Shown: positions 20,100-30,140, counted from the first letter of the stretch. The stretch is 50,011 nt of DNA from an uncultured Acetobacteraceae bacterium (GCA_964658545.1 CAZZZY010000001.1:1-50011), one strand, 5' to 3'. The notes: a model not told the origin generated them from the letters alone. Numbers and translations are program-made.

Positions 20100-23000
20100 G
20101 TGTCAGTCAGAACAGAATTGCTACTCAATCTCAGACAGGAAGTTCTTGGCCCCAGAGAGTCTTGCTATGAGGTACTGCCCAGCCAGCAAGATCCACGCAA
20201 TGAATTTATCACTGGTGTCCTCATTCCCAGGGATGCCAGCGATGAAGATGCTAAAGAGATTGAGGGGGAAGCAGAAATATTAGGGACTGGAATGGACGAC
20301 TATGGCGAGGATGAATCAGATCAAGATAGTCCTGTAGCTGCTGCTGCACCCGTCTTAGATCCAAAATCACAACCTCGTTCTTTAGGTATTTCTTTTATTG
20401 TTAGTGCTACGAAAGGGATTGAACCAACAATAGAAATTTGTGCAACTTGGGCGCGATATCGTTCTGAGAGGAATCCCCAAGGAAATCAGGTCTTTAAGCG
20501 AATTCCCAATTTTTATATCACCCCTGAACCGATTTCTATCACAAACAACTTAACGATCTCCGAAATTGACGCAGTTAAAATTACAATTCGGAGTGTTCCT
20601 CGCTCTGATAACACCTACAAAGTATCAATTTACCTAGTTAATGAGACTTCTTTAATTGACCCACTGAGTGAGTCGGGAAAGAGACGCTTTGAGACTGGCG
20701 ACCTAATTTTTCAACCTCAAATTCGGGTTGTGACTGGAGAAAATGCAAAGCTTTTGCCTTTTGATAGTTTTCAGCCTTCTGATGAGACTCCTGAACTCGG
20801 AAGTCTTCAGGAAGAAGACGAGTCATTAGAATTGATATACCGAGAATATCTTGCCTATGCGCGGGGTCACTTGTGTGCAGCCATTTGGAAAGAAATAGAC
20901 CCTGAGCGCCCCTGTAAAGAAGAAAATTTACTGCAATGGATTGATGGTTTTCCTGTACAGTTTAAATGTGGAAAACAGCAATGGCAGAAGTTTAGTCTGC
21001 CAGACTGTAGAACAGAATATGTACCTTGCTACCCAGTTGAATCCCCTGCAATTGATTGGGAATCTGAAATAGAACAGATTCCAGACCTAAATACTGCTAC
21101 CCTGGCACAAGCATGGAATTCAACCGTAATGCGTGCAGCATTACAGCCTCTAGTTGACGGTTATGCAGCCTGGATTCATCAACAACCAACTACGGTCAGT
21201 CAATTAGAGCCTAGATATCATCGAGCCGCTAATCGACATCTGGAAAACTGTCGCATAACTCAGCAGCGAATACAAGAAGCTATTGAGTTAATTATTCAAA
21301 ATGAAGAAGTAAGACTGGCTTTTTGTTTTGCCAATAAAGCGATTAATCTTCAGGCATCTTGGAGAAGGCCAGGACATGATTTTACCTGGAGACCTTTCCA
21401 GCTAGCATTTATTCTAATGAATATCCCGGCGATCGCTAACCCTTTACATCAAGATCGCCAAACTTGTGACTTACTAGCTTTCCCAACAGGTGGTGGTAAA
21501 ACTGAGGCATATTTGGGTCTAGCTGCTTTTACACTGGGATTGAGAAGATTACGATCTGGTCAAGATTCGTCCAAAGAGCGAACTGGACAGGGCGTGAGTG
21601 TAATTTCTAGATATACCCTGAGATTATTAACAATTCAACAATTTCGTCGCGCTTTAGGGTTAATCGTTGCTTCCGAAGTGCTACGAGTTGAAAACTTAGG
21701 AATGGGTTCTCCAGTTGGATGGCGACCGAAGGATTGTCAGCGAAGCGACCATCATATTTGGGGAATAACTCGGTTCTCTGTTGGACTGTGGGTAGGTGGT
21801 AGCGTAACCCCTAATCGCTTGAAAGATAAATATTCTAATGGTTCTCCTCTGTTAGGTGCTATTTCAGCATTGGAAGGCAAAACAGGAGTAGAAGGTGACC
21901 CAGCTCAGATTCTTAACTGCCCTTGTTGTGGGTCAATCCTAGCCATACCAAGAGACGGATTACTTGGAGGAAAAACACACATAATTTATTTAGTTATGCA
22001 GGGAGCAGTTGCTAACCCATCAATTTCTCACCAAACAGAAAACTGGGAAGAACTTGAATCCGAACCGATTTTTTCTTCTGTTCCTATCGTCAATTCTAGT
22101 AACTATATAACCCTTTCCCTAAGTCTGAACATAAAAAAAGGATCAAAACTTTCAGTAGGGAAGCTGGAGGGATGGTGGAGAGATAAAATTCAGCCCCAGT
22201 TTAACTCTTTAAATTTAGTCCCTTTTAGAATCAGCCGACCTGGATATTTCAAGAGAATTTATATAGGAACAGGCAAAGGAAAAGAAAATGTAGAGAACTT
22301 TGAAATATATTGTCCCTATCCAAATTGTGAACTTAACAGCCAAAAAGTTTGGAATGAAAAAGTTCCTCTTGAATTTAATAAAAAATGTGATAAACAAACT
22401 ATTGCTGCTGATAAGTTTGTCTGGGAAAAACCTCTTGAAGCCTTCAAAGGCTACACCAACTTATCCTCAAGCTTCTCCTCAAGAATTCCAATTTCAGCCT
22501 ATACAGTTGATGATCAAGTTTATTCCCGTATTCCTTCACTGTTAGTAGCTACAGTTGATAAGTTTGCCCGTTTAGCCTTTGAGCGAAGAGCAAGTGCGCT
22601 ATTTGGAAACATCAATCATTACAATAGCAGGTCTGGTTTTTATCGTGATAATGCAGTGGCTAGCGAGCCTAAAAGCCACAATAAAGCTGTAAATCCACTC
22701 CTGCCACCTGACCTTATTCTGCAAGATGAACTTCATTTAATAGAAGGACCACTTGGTAGCATGGTTGGGCTTTACGAAACAGCAGTTGATACTCTATGCG
22801 AACGAATGTATCAGGGTCAACTTGTCAGCCCTAAATACATTGCTTCCACTGCAACAGTGCGACAGTCTCAATCGCAAGTACAATGTTTGTTTAACCGCTC
22901 TGTTTTTCAATTCCCGCCTCCTGCTTTATCAGCGGACAACAGTTTTTTTGCTCGAACACCAAGGAATGTTCATCCATTAGAGATAGATGCTAATGGCAAG

Positions 23001-24089
23001 CATCCTAGTGGTCGCCTTTATGTAGCTGTTTGCGCTCCAGGTAAAGGCGCTCAAACTCCCATTGTTCGCATTTATTCATCAATGTTTCAGAGCATTGAGC
23101 AACTGAAACAGGCAGGATATAGCGATAGTGACTGCGACCCCTTTTGGACGTTGGTAGGCTACTTTAATGCGATTCGGGAATTGGCAGGTGCTGTCACACT
23201 TTATCGTCAAGACATTCCTGAACGACTGCGGCACAATGCAGACATTATGGAAGTGACCGGACGAGAACTAGAAGAAGCGATTGAACTTTCCAGTCGTATG
23301 GATTCTACTGAATTACCTGGTTTACTTAGCAGCCTGTCACTGCCATTACCAGATGCCAGAGATGCTGTTTTAAGTACTTCCATGTTCGGTACTGGTGTTG
23401 ACATTGACCGCTTGGGTTTAATGGTGGTCAATGGTCAGCCAAAAACTACTTCATCTTATATCCAAGCTACAGGTCGTGTAGGTCGTTCAACTGGAGGGCT
23501 GGTGATTACTTTCTTTAGAGCCAGTCGTCCCAGAGACTTAGATCATTATGAATTTTTCACTGGCTATCATAGGGCGATTTACCGTTATGTGGAGCCGATT
23601 ACAGTGACTCCCTTTGCCTCTAGAGCCAGAGAACGGGGGATGGGGCCAGTAGCAGTGGCATTACTGCGACAAGCTAGAACAATTCAGGGAGTAAATGTTG
23701 TATCTCAATGGGCGGCGGATGCTAGCCACATTGGAAATGCTCGTAACTCAGATGAGTTGAGATGTATCACCGAAGTTATTAAAAGGCGATCGCAAATTCA
23801 GCTAGAAACTCGTCGTCCACCAGAAGACCAAGTTAATGGCGAGGTGCAAAGAGGATTAGACCGATGGGAAAATATTGCACAACAAGAAAACAATTTGGAA
23901 TATGTAGAGTACGCGATTAACAAGCCTCCTACAAAGTCTGTTGTGTTAGGAGATGAGCAACATCAGCAACAAGGTTTTACATTTGTCTTTCGCAACTCTC
24001 CCCAGTCTTTGCGTGAAGTCGAATCCATGACGCGCTTTGGCTCTATTTCAATGAATCAGCAAAATCAAGCCAATCAAGGAAAAAGTTAA
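20100..24089 (+). CDS. drmA: DISARM helicase DrmA
   Basis: FPTGGGKTEAY, RYTLRLLT, QDELHLIEGPLGSMVGLYE, ASTAT, YFNAIREL, GVDIDRLG, YIQATGRVGR and RPRDLDHYE motifs. Confidence 0.88.
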   Translation: MSVRTELLLNLRQEVLGPRESCYEVLPSQQDPRNEFITGVLIPRDASDEDAKEIEGEAEILGTGMDDYGEDESDQDSPVAAAAPVLDPKSQPRSLGISFIVSATKGIEPTIEICATWARYRSERNPQGNQVFKRIPNFYITPEPISITNNLTISEIDAVKITIRSVPRSDNTYKVSIYLVNETSLIDPLSESGKRRFETGDLIFQPQIRVVTGENAKLLPFDSFQPSDETPELGSLQEEDESLELIYREYLAYARGHLCAAIWKEIDPERPCKEENLLQWIDGFPVQFKCGKQQWQKFSLPDCRTEYVPCYPVESPAIDWESEIEQIPDLNTATLAQAWNSTVMRAALQPLVDGYAAWIHQQPTTVSQLEPRYHRAANRHLENCRITQQRIQEAIELIIQNEEVRLAFCFANKAINLQASWRRPGHDFTWRPFQLAFILMNIPAIANPLHQDRQTCDLLAFPTGGGKTEAYLGLAAFTLGLRRLRSGQDSSKERTGQGVSVISRYTLRLLTIQQFRRALGLIVASEVLRVENLGMGSPVGWRPKDCQRSDHHIWGITRFSVGLWVGGSVTPNRLKDKYSNGSPLLGAISALEGKTGVEGDPAQILNCPCCGSILAIPRDGLLGGKTHIIYLVMQGAVANPSISHQTENWEELESEPIFSSVPIVNSSNYITLSLSLNIKKGSKLSVGKLEGWWRDKIQPQFNSLNLVPFRISRPGYFKRIYIGTGKGKENVENFEIYCPYPNCELNSQKVWNEKVPLEFNKKCDKQTIAADKFVWEKPLEAFKGYTNLSSSFSSRIPISAYTVDDQVYSRIPSLLVATVDKFARLAFERRASALFGNINHYNSRSGFYRDNAVASEPKSHNKAVNPLLPPDLILQDELHLIEGPLGSMVGLYETAVDTLCERMYQGQLVSPKYIASTATVRQSQSQVQCLFNRSVFQFPPPALSADNSFFARTPRNVHPLEIDANGKHPSGRLYVAVCAPGKGAQTPIVRIYSSMFQSIEQLKQAGYSDSDCDPFWTLVGYFNAIRELAGAVTLYRQDIPERLRHNADIMEVTGRELEEAIELSSRMDSTELPGLLSSLSLPLPDARDAVLSTSMFGTGVDIDRLGLMVVNGQPKTTSSYIQATGRVGRSTGGLVITFFRASRPRDLDHYEFFTGYHRAIYRYVEPITVTPFASRARERGMGPVAVALLRQARTIQGVNVVSQWAADASHIGNARNSDELRCITEVIKRRSQIQLETRRPPEDQVNGEVQRGLDRWENIAQQENNLEYVEYAINKPPTKSVVLGDEQHQQQGFTFVFRNSPQSLREVESMTRFGSISMNQQNQANQGKS

Positions 24090-24092
24090 ACT

Positions 24093-25922
24093 ATGGCAAG
24101 TAAAGGTCAATCTTTGCGTCCTTCACAATACATTACCACCTTTGGACCAGGTAGTATTCTAGAAACACCAGATGGCCCAGTGGTGATTGCAGCACCAAGC
24201 CAATCCAAGTTATTTGATAATGGGCGCAGACCTGAAGATTATGAAATTACAGACTTGAGGCTCTCCCAAACCTTACTCAATGGCAATAAAATTTTCTATA
24301 TTCCCTCCAATGCTGATTTAGGAAAACCTGAAAGCATTTCAGTTTACCAAACTTACCATTTTCCCACTTGGTCTTTATGTACAAAACATGGGATTCTCTA
24401 TCAACATAGAAGAGAGGAAAAAGTTGGTTGCCCAAGTTGTGGACAACTACAAAATTCTTATAAGGCTTGGGATAAATCTCGTGAGGAGGCAGTCAGATTT
24501 GTTCTAGCTTGTTCTCATGGACATCTGAATGAAGTCCCGTGGCGCTCACTGATAAAACATAAACGCGAATGTCAGGGAGCAGACTTTTACAAATGGGAAG
24601 GGGGTGGAGGTGCGATCAGAAATATACAGATTATCTGTCCCAATTGTGGCGGAGCAGAAAATTTTGGGAAAGCTTACTCTAGAGAATTTCAATGTAGTGG
24701 TAGATTTCCAGAACGAAGAGAAGATCCAGCAGGATGTGAGAAACGAGCCAAAATTATTCAGCGTGGTGCTGCTAACTTAAGGGTGTCTGAACTCCGAACT
24801 GCCCTAACAATTCCACCACTGGATACCGCCCTACATCGCTTACTACAAAGTCGAGCTATTCTTGCTGCTTTGCCTATCAATATAGAATCAAAATCTCAAA
24901 TTGTCCAGATGTTGGATAAATTGGTGGAAAGACGACTTTTAGACCCAACATCTGCTGAAACTATTAAGCGATACAGTGAACGAGAAATCCTTGATGCTGT
25001 CAATGATGTTCTTAATGAACAAACAAGACAACACAACGCAACTGAAGAAAACCTGAAACAAGAAGAGTTTAAAAGTCTGAGTAACGCTGCTTGTTATGGC
25101 GCTCCACCGCATCGTTCAGATAAACCAGGTGGTCCAAATCAGTTTGAAGTTTACCACGAAAATGTGGAGACATTCACGTTAGATTCAGGACGAATTTTAC
25201 GGGTTACACCCCTTAGTCGCTTGCGGGTGGTAATGGTACAGGTTGGTTATACACGACCGATTAGCACAGATAAGGATGATCCACAGCCTAAAGTTGTACC
25301 TGTTGAGTATAGACCACCTGATGAAAGTATCGCTTGGCATCCAGGTGTTGAGTTATTTGGTGAAGGTATTTTTTTAGATTTGATATCTACGGAAGAACCA
25401 AAAGGCATTTCAGAACATTTTCCTTTAAAAGGGTCGGCTTATAGTCGTTGGTTGTCAGCTTATAACTCGACCGATGGCTACCGAAAAATTAAGGCTATGC
25501 CGGGATCTCAAACAAGTTATTTACACCCTGTTTTTGTCTGGTGGCATACACTAAGTCATCGTTTAATTACAGCACTATCAGTGGATTCTGGTTATTCGTC
25601 AGCAGCTATTAGGGAACGAGTGTACACCTACACGGAAAATAATAAGACCGTTGGTGGTTTACTACTTTATACAGCCCAATCTGGAGGGGATGGTACATTG
25701 GGAGGACTAATCGGTTTAGTGCCTCATTTTGAACGTATTCTTAAGTCTGCCCTACGCAATGTAGATGCTTGCTCTAATGACCCAATTTGTATTGAAGAAG
25801 AATTTGGAGAAGATAGAGTTAATGGCTCTGCTTGTTATGCCTGCCAGTTCATTTCTGAAACTTCTTGCGAACACAGAAATACTTTACTTGATAGGCAGTT
25901 GCTACTGGAAAATTTACCATGA
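24093..25922 (+). CDS. drmB: DISARM DrmB (DUF1998 domain)
   Basis: RPSQYITTFGPGS, GEGIF, HTLSHRLI, GTLGGL and CSNDPIC..ACYAC..SETSCE motifs. Confidence 0.88.
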   Translation: MASKGQSLRPSQYITTFGPGSILETPDGPVVIAAPSQSKLFDNGRRPEDYEITDLRLSQTLLNGNKIFYIPSNADLGKPESISVYQTYHFPTWSLCTKHGILYQHRREEKVGCPSCGQLQNSYKAWDKSREEAVRFVLACSHGHLNEVPWRSLIKHKRECQGADFYKWEGGGGAIRNIQIICPNCGGAENFGKAYSREFQCSGRFPERREDPAGCEKRAKIIQRGAANLRVSELRTALTIPPLDTALHRLLQSRAILAALPINIESKSQIVQMLDKLVERRLLDPTSAETIKRYSEREILDAVNDVLNEQTRQHNATEENLKQEEFKSLSNAACYGAPPHRSDKPGGPNQFEVYHENVETFTLDSGRILRVTPLSRLRVVMVQVGYTRPISTDKDDPQPKVVPVEYRPPDESIAWHPGVELFGEGIFLDLISTEEPKGISEHFPLKGSAYSRWLSAYNSTDGYRKIKAMPGSQTSYLHPVFVWWHTLSHRLITALSVDSGYSSAAIRERVYTYTENNKTVGGLLLYTAQSGGDGTLGGLIGLVPHFERILKSALRNVDACSNDPICIEEEFGEDRVNGSACYACQFISETSCEHRNTLLDRQLLLENLP

Positions 25923-26071
25923 CTCATGTAACTATATTTACATATTTACCTTGGATGGAGACAGGGATATGCTCAGTTAAATCGATTTTGAAAGATAGAG
26001 GTTAACACTATATCTAAGTGCTTTGATAGTATTATCACTTTTCTATCTATAATTATTGCCAATTTAACTAG

Positions 26072-27298
26072 CTAATGACTTGCTTTGTAAGCCTTGATCT
26101 GCTCAACAATAGGTCTGGCGATCGCCTCAGCCAAAAAAGGGGGTACAGAATTACCAACTAACTCAAACATCCTAGTCATAGGCGCATCAAATACAAAGTC
26201 ATCAGGAAAACTTTGAAGTCTAGCAGCTTCTCTCACAGAAAGGCTTCTAGTTTGAGTTGGATGAATATAAGCTAAACAATCTCTTTGCATATGTGCAGTT
26301 AATGTCCATGAGGGTTCATTCCACTTCAAACGTTTATACTTATCATTAAAAATATCAGAGCGATAGCGTCTAACTGATTCGGGCAAGTCTCTATATTTAC
26401 CACCTTGAGTCAACATTTCAAATATAGCTAGGTCTTTTTCGTTATGAGCGCGACATATATGATTCATAACACCCTCTCCCTGTTGTTTTCTAATCCTCAT
26501 CTTCTCTTGATACTCAGACTGGGGCGGACAATTATATGGCATTTCAACGTCAACCTGCTTTGGTCCCGAAATTTTACTCCTCAAAGCCATAGATACAGGT
26601 TTAAGTTCTGGTAAGTCTCCAATAGCATCTCCTACTGAAATTGGACGGACTATATTTCTTTGAGGGAACTCAAAACTCAGGTTGGTATTTTTGCGCTTAC
26701 CAACAATAAACAGGCGTTTTCTAAGTTGAGGAACACCATAATCAGAGGCAATTAATACCCTTGGTTCAAAAAGGTCATAACCTGGATAATCATGCTGATG
26801 AACAGGTAATCCCTTTTCTAACTCTCGAATAATCGTTGGAAATATTTTATTGCTTTTAAGTGTATTGACATTTTCAATTACAAAAAAAATAGGCTGATAA
26901 TAATTTAAAAAATCAATAAATATTTTGTATAAGAAGTTCCTTGGATCATTTCTTACCTTTAATTCAGGATCATTTCCTCGCTGTCGTTCTAAAGACTTCA
27001 TTTTACCAATACCAACAACTGAAAATCCTTGGCAAGGTGGTCCTCCAATTAAAATATCAACTTCACCTGGTTTAATCGGAAGCTCTAAAAAATCAACATT
27101 TCTGACATCTTGAGCATCCAGTTCCAATTTACAGTTCGGAAAATTTCTATGATGTGTCCTGATAGCATGTGGATTATTGTCAATTCCTCCCAGAATTTGA
27201 CAGCCAGCATTCTGAAAACCTAAACTCATTCCACCTGCACCGCAAAAGATATCGAGTACAGTGGGATATTCAATTTTCATCTGAACTTTCTTTGACAT
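26072..27298 (-). CDS. DNA (cytosine-5)-methyltransferase (DrmMII-like by context)
   Basis: Motif I DIFCGAGG, IV GGPPCQGFS, VI IENV, VIII QLRKR and X GNSVPP. Confidence 0.92.
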   Translation of the reverse strand: MSKKVQMKIEYPTVLDIFCGAGGMSLGFQNAGCQILGGIDNNPHAIRTHHRNFPNCKLELDAQDVRNVDFLELPIKPGEVDILIGGPPCQGFSVVGIGKMKSLERQRGNDPELKVRNDPRNFLYKIFIDFLNYYQPIFFVIENVNTLKSNKIFPTIIRELEKGLPVHQHDYPGYDLFEPRVLIASDYGVPQLRKRLFIVGKRKNTNLSFEFPQRNIVRPISVGDAIGDLPELKPVSMALRSKISGPKQVDVEMPYNCPPQSEYQEKMRIRKQQGEGVMNHICRAHNEKDLAIFEMLTQGGKYRDLPESVRRYRSDIFNDKYKRLKWNEPSWTLTAHMQRDCLAYIHPTQTRSLSVREAARLQSFPDDFVFDAPMTRMFELVGNSVPPFLAEAIARPIVEQIKAYKASH

Positions 27299-27683
27299 TC
27301 ACGCTGAATTTTATGTATTTTTTTGACCAGATCAGATTATTATATTTTTATTTCCTTTCATCGGTAAAAATAAAAATAGAATTTTTTTTGAATGTTTAAA
27401 ACAAATTACCATTGAACAAGCTACAAATTAACCAGAATAAAAGGGTTGCAATTCAAGACAACCACCGCCCAGCTTGAAAAACCGCACGCTTTCCGAAGGT
27501 AGTGGGAGAGATTGTAGCTTTCATGCAAGTCCAAAGAGCGCCAAAACACCACAACCTTTACTGTATAAAAATGCGTTTAATCGACTAAAACAGCCGCCTT
27601 GTGGTTCTGCCAGAAGGTAGAACCACAAGGCGGGCATCTACGGCAACATACGGATGATCGCAATCCTGCTAGAGTTAATTTTA

Positions 27684-27860
27684 GATTTTTGCGTACTCAA
27701 ATACTTAGTCAACTAGTACAGAACTGCCAGAGTGACGAAGACAGTGTTTTGATTTTTGCGTACTCAAATATCCAAAAAACTAAAATGGACAATCAACCAC
27801 CAAACTCAGGTACAGTAATTAATAAAATCGAAATTTTAAGTTTTTGCGTACTTAAAATTT
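27684..27860. repeat. Direct repeats upstream of parA (candidate centromere/operator)
   Basis: Perfect 20-mer GATTTTTGCGTACTCAAATA at 27684-27703 and 27751-27770; variants at ~27840 and ~28839. Confidence 0.65.
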
Positions 27861-27917
27861 CAGATTTTTAAAATTTCAAGTTTTCAGCAGTTTAAAAGTT
27901 TACTGCCTGGAGGTATC

Positions 27918-28511
27918 ATGATTATCACAGTCGCTTCGTTCAAAGGAGGGGTGGGCAAAACTACAACAGCCGTCCACCTAGCAGCTTACTTACAAACCAA
28001 AGGGGAAACATTACTGATTGATGGCGACCCCAACCGTTCTGCTAGCGGTTGGTCAAAACGTGGCGCTCTGCCCTTCAAAGTGATTGATGAGCGGCAAGCT
28101 GCAAAGTATGCGAAGAATTACCAGCACATTATCATTGACACCCAAGCAAGACCGGAACAGGAAGATTTAGAAGCACTTGTGGAAGGATGTGATTTACTTG
28201 TGCTTCCCACTACCCCGGATGCTTTATCACTTGATGCCCTGATGCAGACTGTTACTACTCTCAATTCGTTAGGTGCTGATAAATTTCGCATCCTTATTAC
28301 TCGCGTTCCACCTAAACCCCGGCGAGATGGAGAAGAAGCAAGGGCAATGTTAACTGAGGCTGGATTACCTCTATTTAAGGGTAGTATCCGTGATGCAGTT
28401 GCCTTTCAAAAAGCCGCGTTAGCTGGTGTACCAGTTAACAAAATTTCTGACCCACGCGCCAAAATTGCTTGGCGAGATTATCAAAGCATCGGTCAGGAGG
28501 TGATGAAGTGA
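27918..28511 (+). CDS. parA: ParA family partition ATPase (type Ib)
   Basis: SFKGGVGKTT deviant Walker A, LIDGDPNRS, IIIDT. Confidence 0.93.
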   Translation: MIITVASFKGGVGKTTTAVHLAAYLQTKGETLLIDGDPNRSASGWSKRGALPFKVIDERQAAKYAKNYQHIIIDTQARPEQEDLEALVEGCDLLVLPTTPDALSLDALMQTVTTLNSLGADKFRILITRVPPKPRRDGEEARAMLTEAGLPLFKGSIRDAVAFQKAALAGVPVNKISDPRAKIAWRDYQSIGQEVMK

Positions 28512-28852
28512 GCAAATTCAAAGGTATTTTGGATGCAGCAAAGGGTCGTGAACCTGAACCGGAGCCAGAAAATCAAAGCCAGGAAACAGAAATTCAATTG
28601 CCAGAAGTTCAACAACCTGAAAAGGTAGAACTCAAGCCAGTTGCCCAATTGCAAACCGAACCGCCAAAACGGGGACGACCCAAAGCCAAACGCTCTGACC
28701 CTGACTATGAGCAGGTAACTGCTTACATTAAAAGAAATACTCACACAGCAGTCAAAATTGAACTGTTAAAGTCCAGTCAGAATGGCGAAAAGCGGGAGTT
28801 TAGCCAACTTGTTCAAGATTTGCTAGAGCAATGGCTAAATTTGCGTACCTGA
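28508..28852 (+). CDS. Partition partner, ribbon-helix-helix type
   Basis: GTG overlaps the parA stop; KRGRPKAKRSDPDYEQVTAYI..FSQLVQDLLEQWL. Confidence 0.75.
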   Translation: MSKFKGILDAAKGREPEPEPENQSQETEIQLPEVQQPEKVELKPVAQLQTEPPKRGRPKAKRSDPDYEQVTAYIKRNTHTAVKIELLKSSQNGEKREFSQLVQDLLEQWLNLRT

Positions 28853-29052
28853 AATTTCAGATACTCAAAAACTTGAAAAGTTAAATTTTTAGATATTTGA
28901 GTTTTTGACTATGTGACTTAAAGGCGATGCCTACGGCGGTAAACTACGCAGTCCAGTAAAAGCTGAATGTGGCGATGCTTGTTGGTAAGCAAGTCACTGC
29001 GCGTCTATGTATGGCTTGCACTGCTTCTCAAAATCCTTATGTTGAAGAAAAA

Positions 29053-29124
29053 TCCATCTGGGAGGTACTGCCCCTCCTATATCTGTGTTATCAGCACAGC
29101 GCCTCACTTTTCGGCTTCAGGTGG
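29053..29124 (-). tRNA. trnI: tRNA-Ile(GAT)-like, atypical
   Basis: CTGTG-CTGATAA-CACAG anticodon arm; T arm GGAGG-GGCAGTA-CCTCC; one acceptor mismatch. Confidence 0.55.
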
Positions 29125-29128
29125 AAGG

Positions 29129-29211
29129 CGGAAGATGGAGGAATTGAACCCCCAGGTATTACCCTGCTCTAGTTTTCAAGACTAGTTGCCCTCCCTTGAG
29201 CAGCATCTTCC
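29129..29211 (-). tRNA. trnS: tRNA-Ser(TGA)
   Basis: Loop CTTGAAA, long variable arm, G73. Confidence 0.85.
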
Positions 29212-29223
29212 ATATAAACAAGG

Positions 29224-29299
29224 GGTATCTGAGGAGACTTGAACTCCCTAATGACTGGTTCCACAAACCAGCGCCGCGACCGCTTTGGCTTCAGATACC
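29224..29299 (-). tRNA. trnH: tRNA-His(GTG)
   Basis: Loop TTGTGGA; G-1 and C73. Confidence 0.85.
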
Positions 29300-29303
29300 A
29301 AAG

Positions 29304-29376
29304 TGGATACAGGTCGGATTTGAACCCGCTACTTCCTCTTTGTAAGAGAGGCACTCTCCCAACTGAGTTACAGGGC
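29304..29376 (-). pseudogene. trnV: Degenerate tRNA-Val(TAC)
   Basis: Good anticodon arm CCTCT-CTTACAA-AGAGG, but acceptor and T stems pair poorly. Confidence 0.6.
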
Positions 29377-29382
29377 TAAGAA

Positions 29383-29472
29383 AGCGATCGACGAGATTTG
29401 TAGCTTGCTTCCCGCAGGGTACTCGTACCTAGAGTTTGGAAGACTCAAATGCTGCTATTACACCACAATCGC
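29383..29472 (-). pseudogene. trnG: tRNA-Gly(TCC) interrupted in the T loop by a ~20 nt insertion
   Basis: Loop CTTCCAA, U73, intact acceptor; extra sequence at 29400-29421. Confidence 0.75.
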
Positions 29473-29477
29473 ATTGA

Positions 29478-29550
29478 AGCTGGTGACAGGAGTTGAACCT
29501 GCAACCTACTGATTACAAATCAGTTGCTCTGCCAATTGAGCTACACCAGC
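29478..29550 (-). tRNA. trnT: tRNA-Thr(TGT)
   Basis: Loop TTTGTAA; canonical cloverleaf. Confidence 0.9.
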
Positions 29551-29557
29551 ACTAATT

Positions 29558-29634
29558 TGGTGACGGGGGCAGGAGTTGAACCTGCCGATGTTCAGGTTAT
29601 GAGCCTGACGAGCCACCGTTGCTCCATCCCCGCA
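29558..29634 (-). tRNA. trnM: tRNA-Met(CAT), initiator-like
   Basis: Loop CTCATAA; 1:72 mismatch; CCA encoded. Confidence 0.8.
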
Positions 29635-29644
29635 TATTCACCAA

Positions 29645-29718
29645 TACCCCTGACTGGATTTGAACCAGCAACTTCCAAATTTTAAGTTTGGCACCTCTTC
29701 CACTTGGGTTACAGGGGC
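29645..29718 (-). tRNA. trnL: tRNA-Leu(TAA), short variable loop
   Basis: Loop CTTAAAA; A73. Confidence 0.8.
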
Positions 29719-29727
29719 AAAATTTAG

Positions 29728-29799
29728 TGGGCGCTACAGGGGTCGAACCTGTGTCAGCCTGATTAAGAGTCAGGAGCATAACCGTTCTGCCAAACGCCC
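29728..29799 (-). tRNA. trnK: tRNA-Lys(CTT)
   Basis: Loop CTCTTAA. Confidence 0.85.
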
Positions 29800-29808
29800 A
29801 AGATTGGA

Positions 29809-29880
29809 TGGGTCGCCCAGGGGTTGAACCTGGATGAATCCGCTTAAAAGGCGGCTGCATACCCGCTCTGCCAACGACCC
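29809..29880 (-). tRNA. trnK: tRNA-Lys(TTT)
   Basis: Loop CTTTTAA. Confidence 0.85.
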
Positions 29881-29884
29881 AATT

Positions 29885-29962
29885 TGGTACTCCCGACAGG
29901 AATTGAACCTGCAAAAATTCCGTCCCTCAAACGGAAGCGTTTACCAATTTCGCCACAGGAGT
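29885..29962 (-). tRNA. trnL: tRNA-Leu(GAG), short variable loop
   Basis: Loop TTGAGGG; CCA encoded. Confidence 0.8.
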
Positions 29963-29982
29963 ATGGTTGGGCAAATGCCCAG

Positions 29983-30056
29983 TACCCTTGGTGGGAGTTG
30001 AACCCACAAAATCTGGTTTCTAAGACCAGCACGTTTGCCAGTTTCGTCACAAGGGC
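29983..30056 (-). tRNA. trnL: tRNA-Leu(TAG), short variable loop
   Basis: Loop CTTAGAA. Confidence 0.8.
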
Positions 30057-30059
30057 AAA

Positions 30060-30136
30060 TGGTCGGGATGGTAGGATTTGAACCTACGGCTCCTTGTCCC
30101 CAAAACAAGGCTTCTAGACCACTGAATTACATCCCG
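30060..30136 (-). tRNA. trnP: tRNA-Pro(TGG)
   Basis: Loop TTTGGGG; C1-G72; CCA encoded. Confidence 0.88.
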
Positions 30137-30140
30137 ATAT

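Noticed and set aside
25923-26071. drmC (PLD nuclease) downstream of drmB
   Set aside because: Only ~150 bp of AT-rich sequence with no HKD-motif ORF.
27599-27871. 90-aa ORF upstream of parA
   Set aside because: Runs through the centromere-like repeats and shows no protein features.
28960-29050. Possible additional tRNA-like element after the array
   Set aside because: Ends in GCCA on the minus strand and has a small hairpin, but I could not build a cloverleaf.
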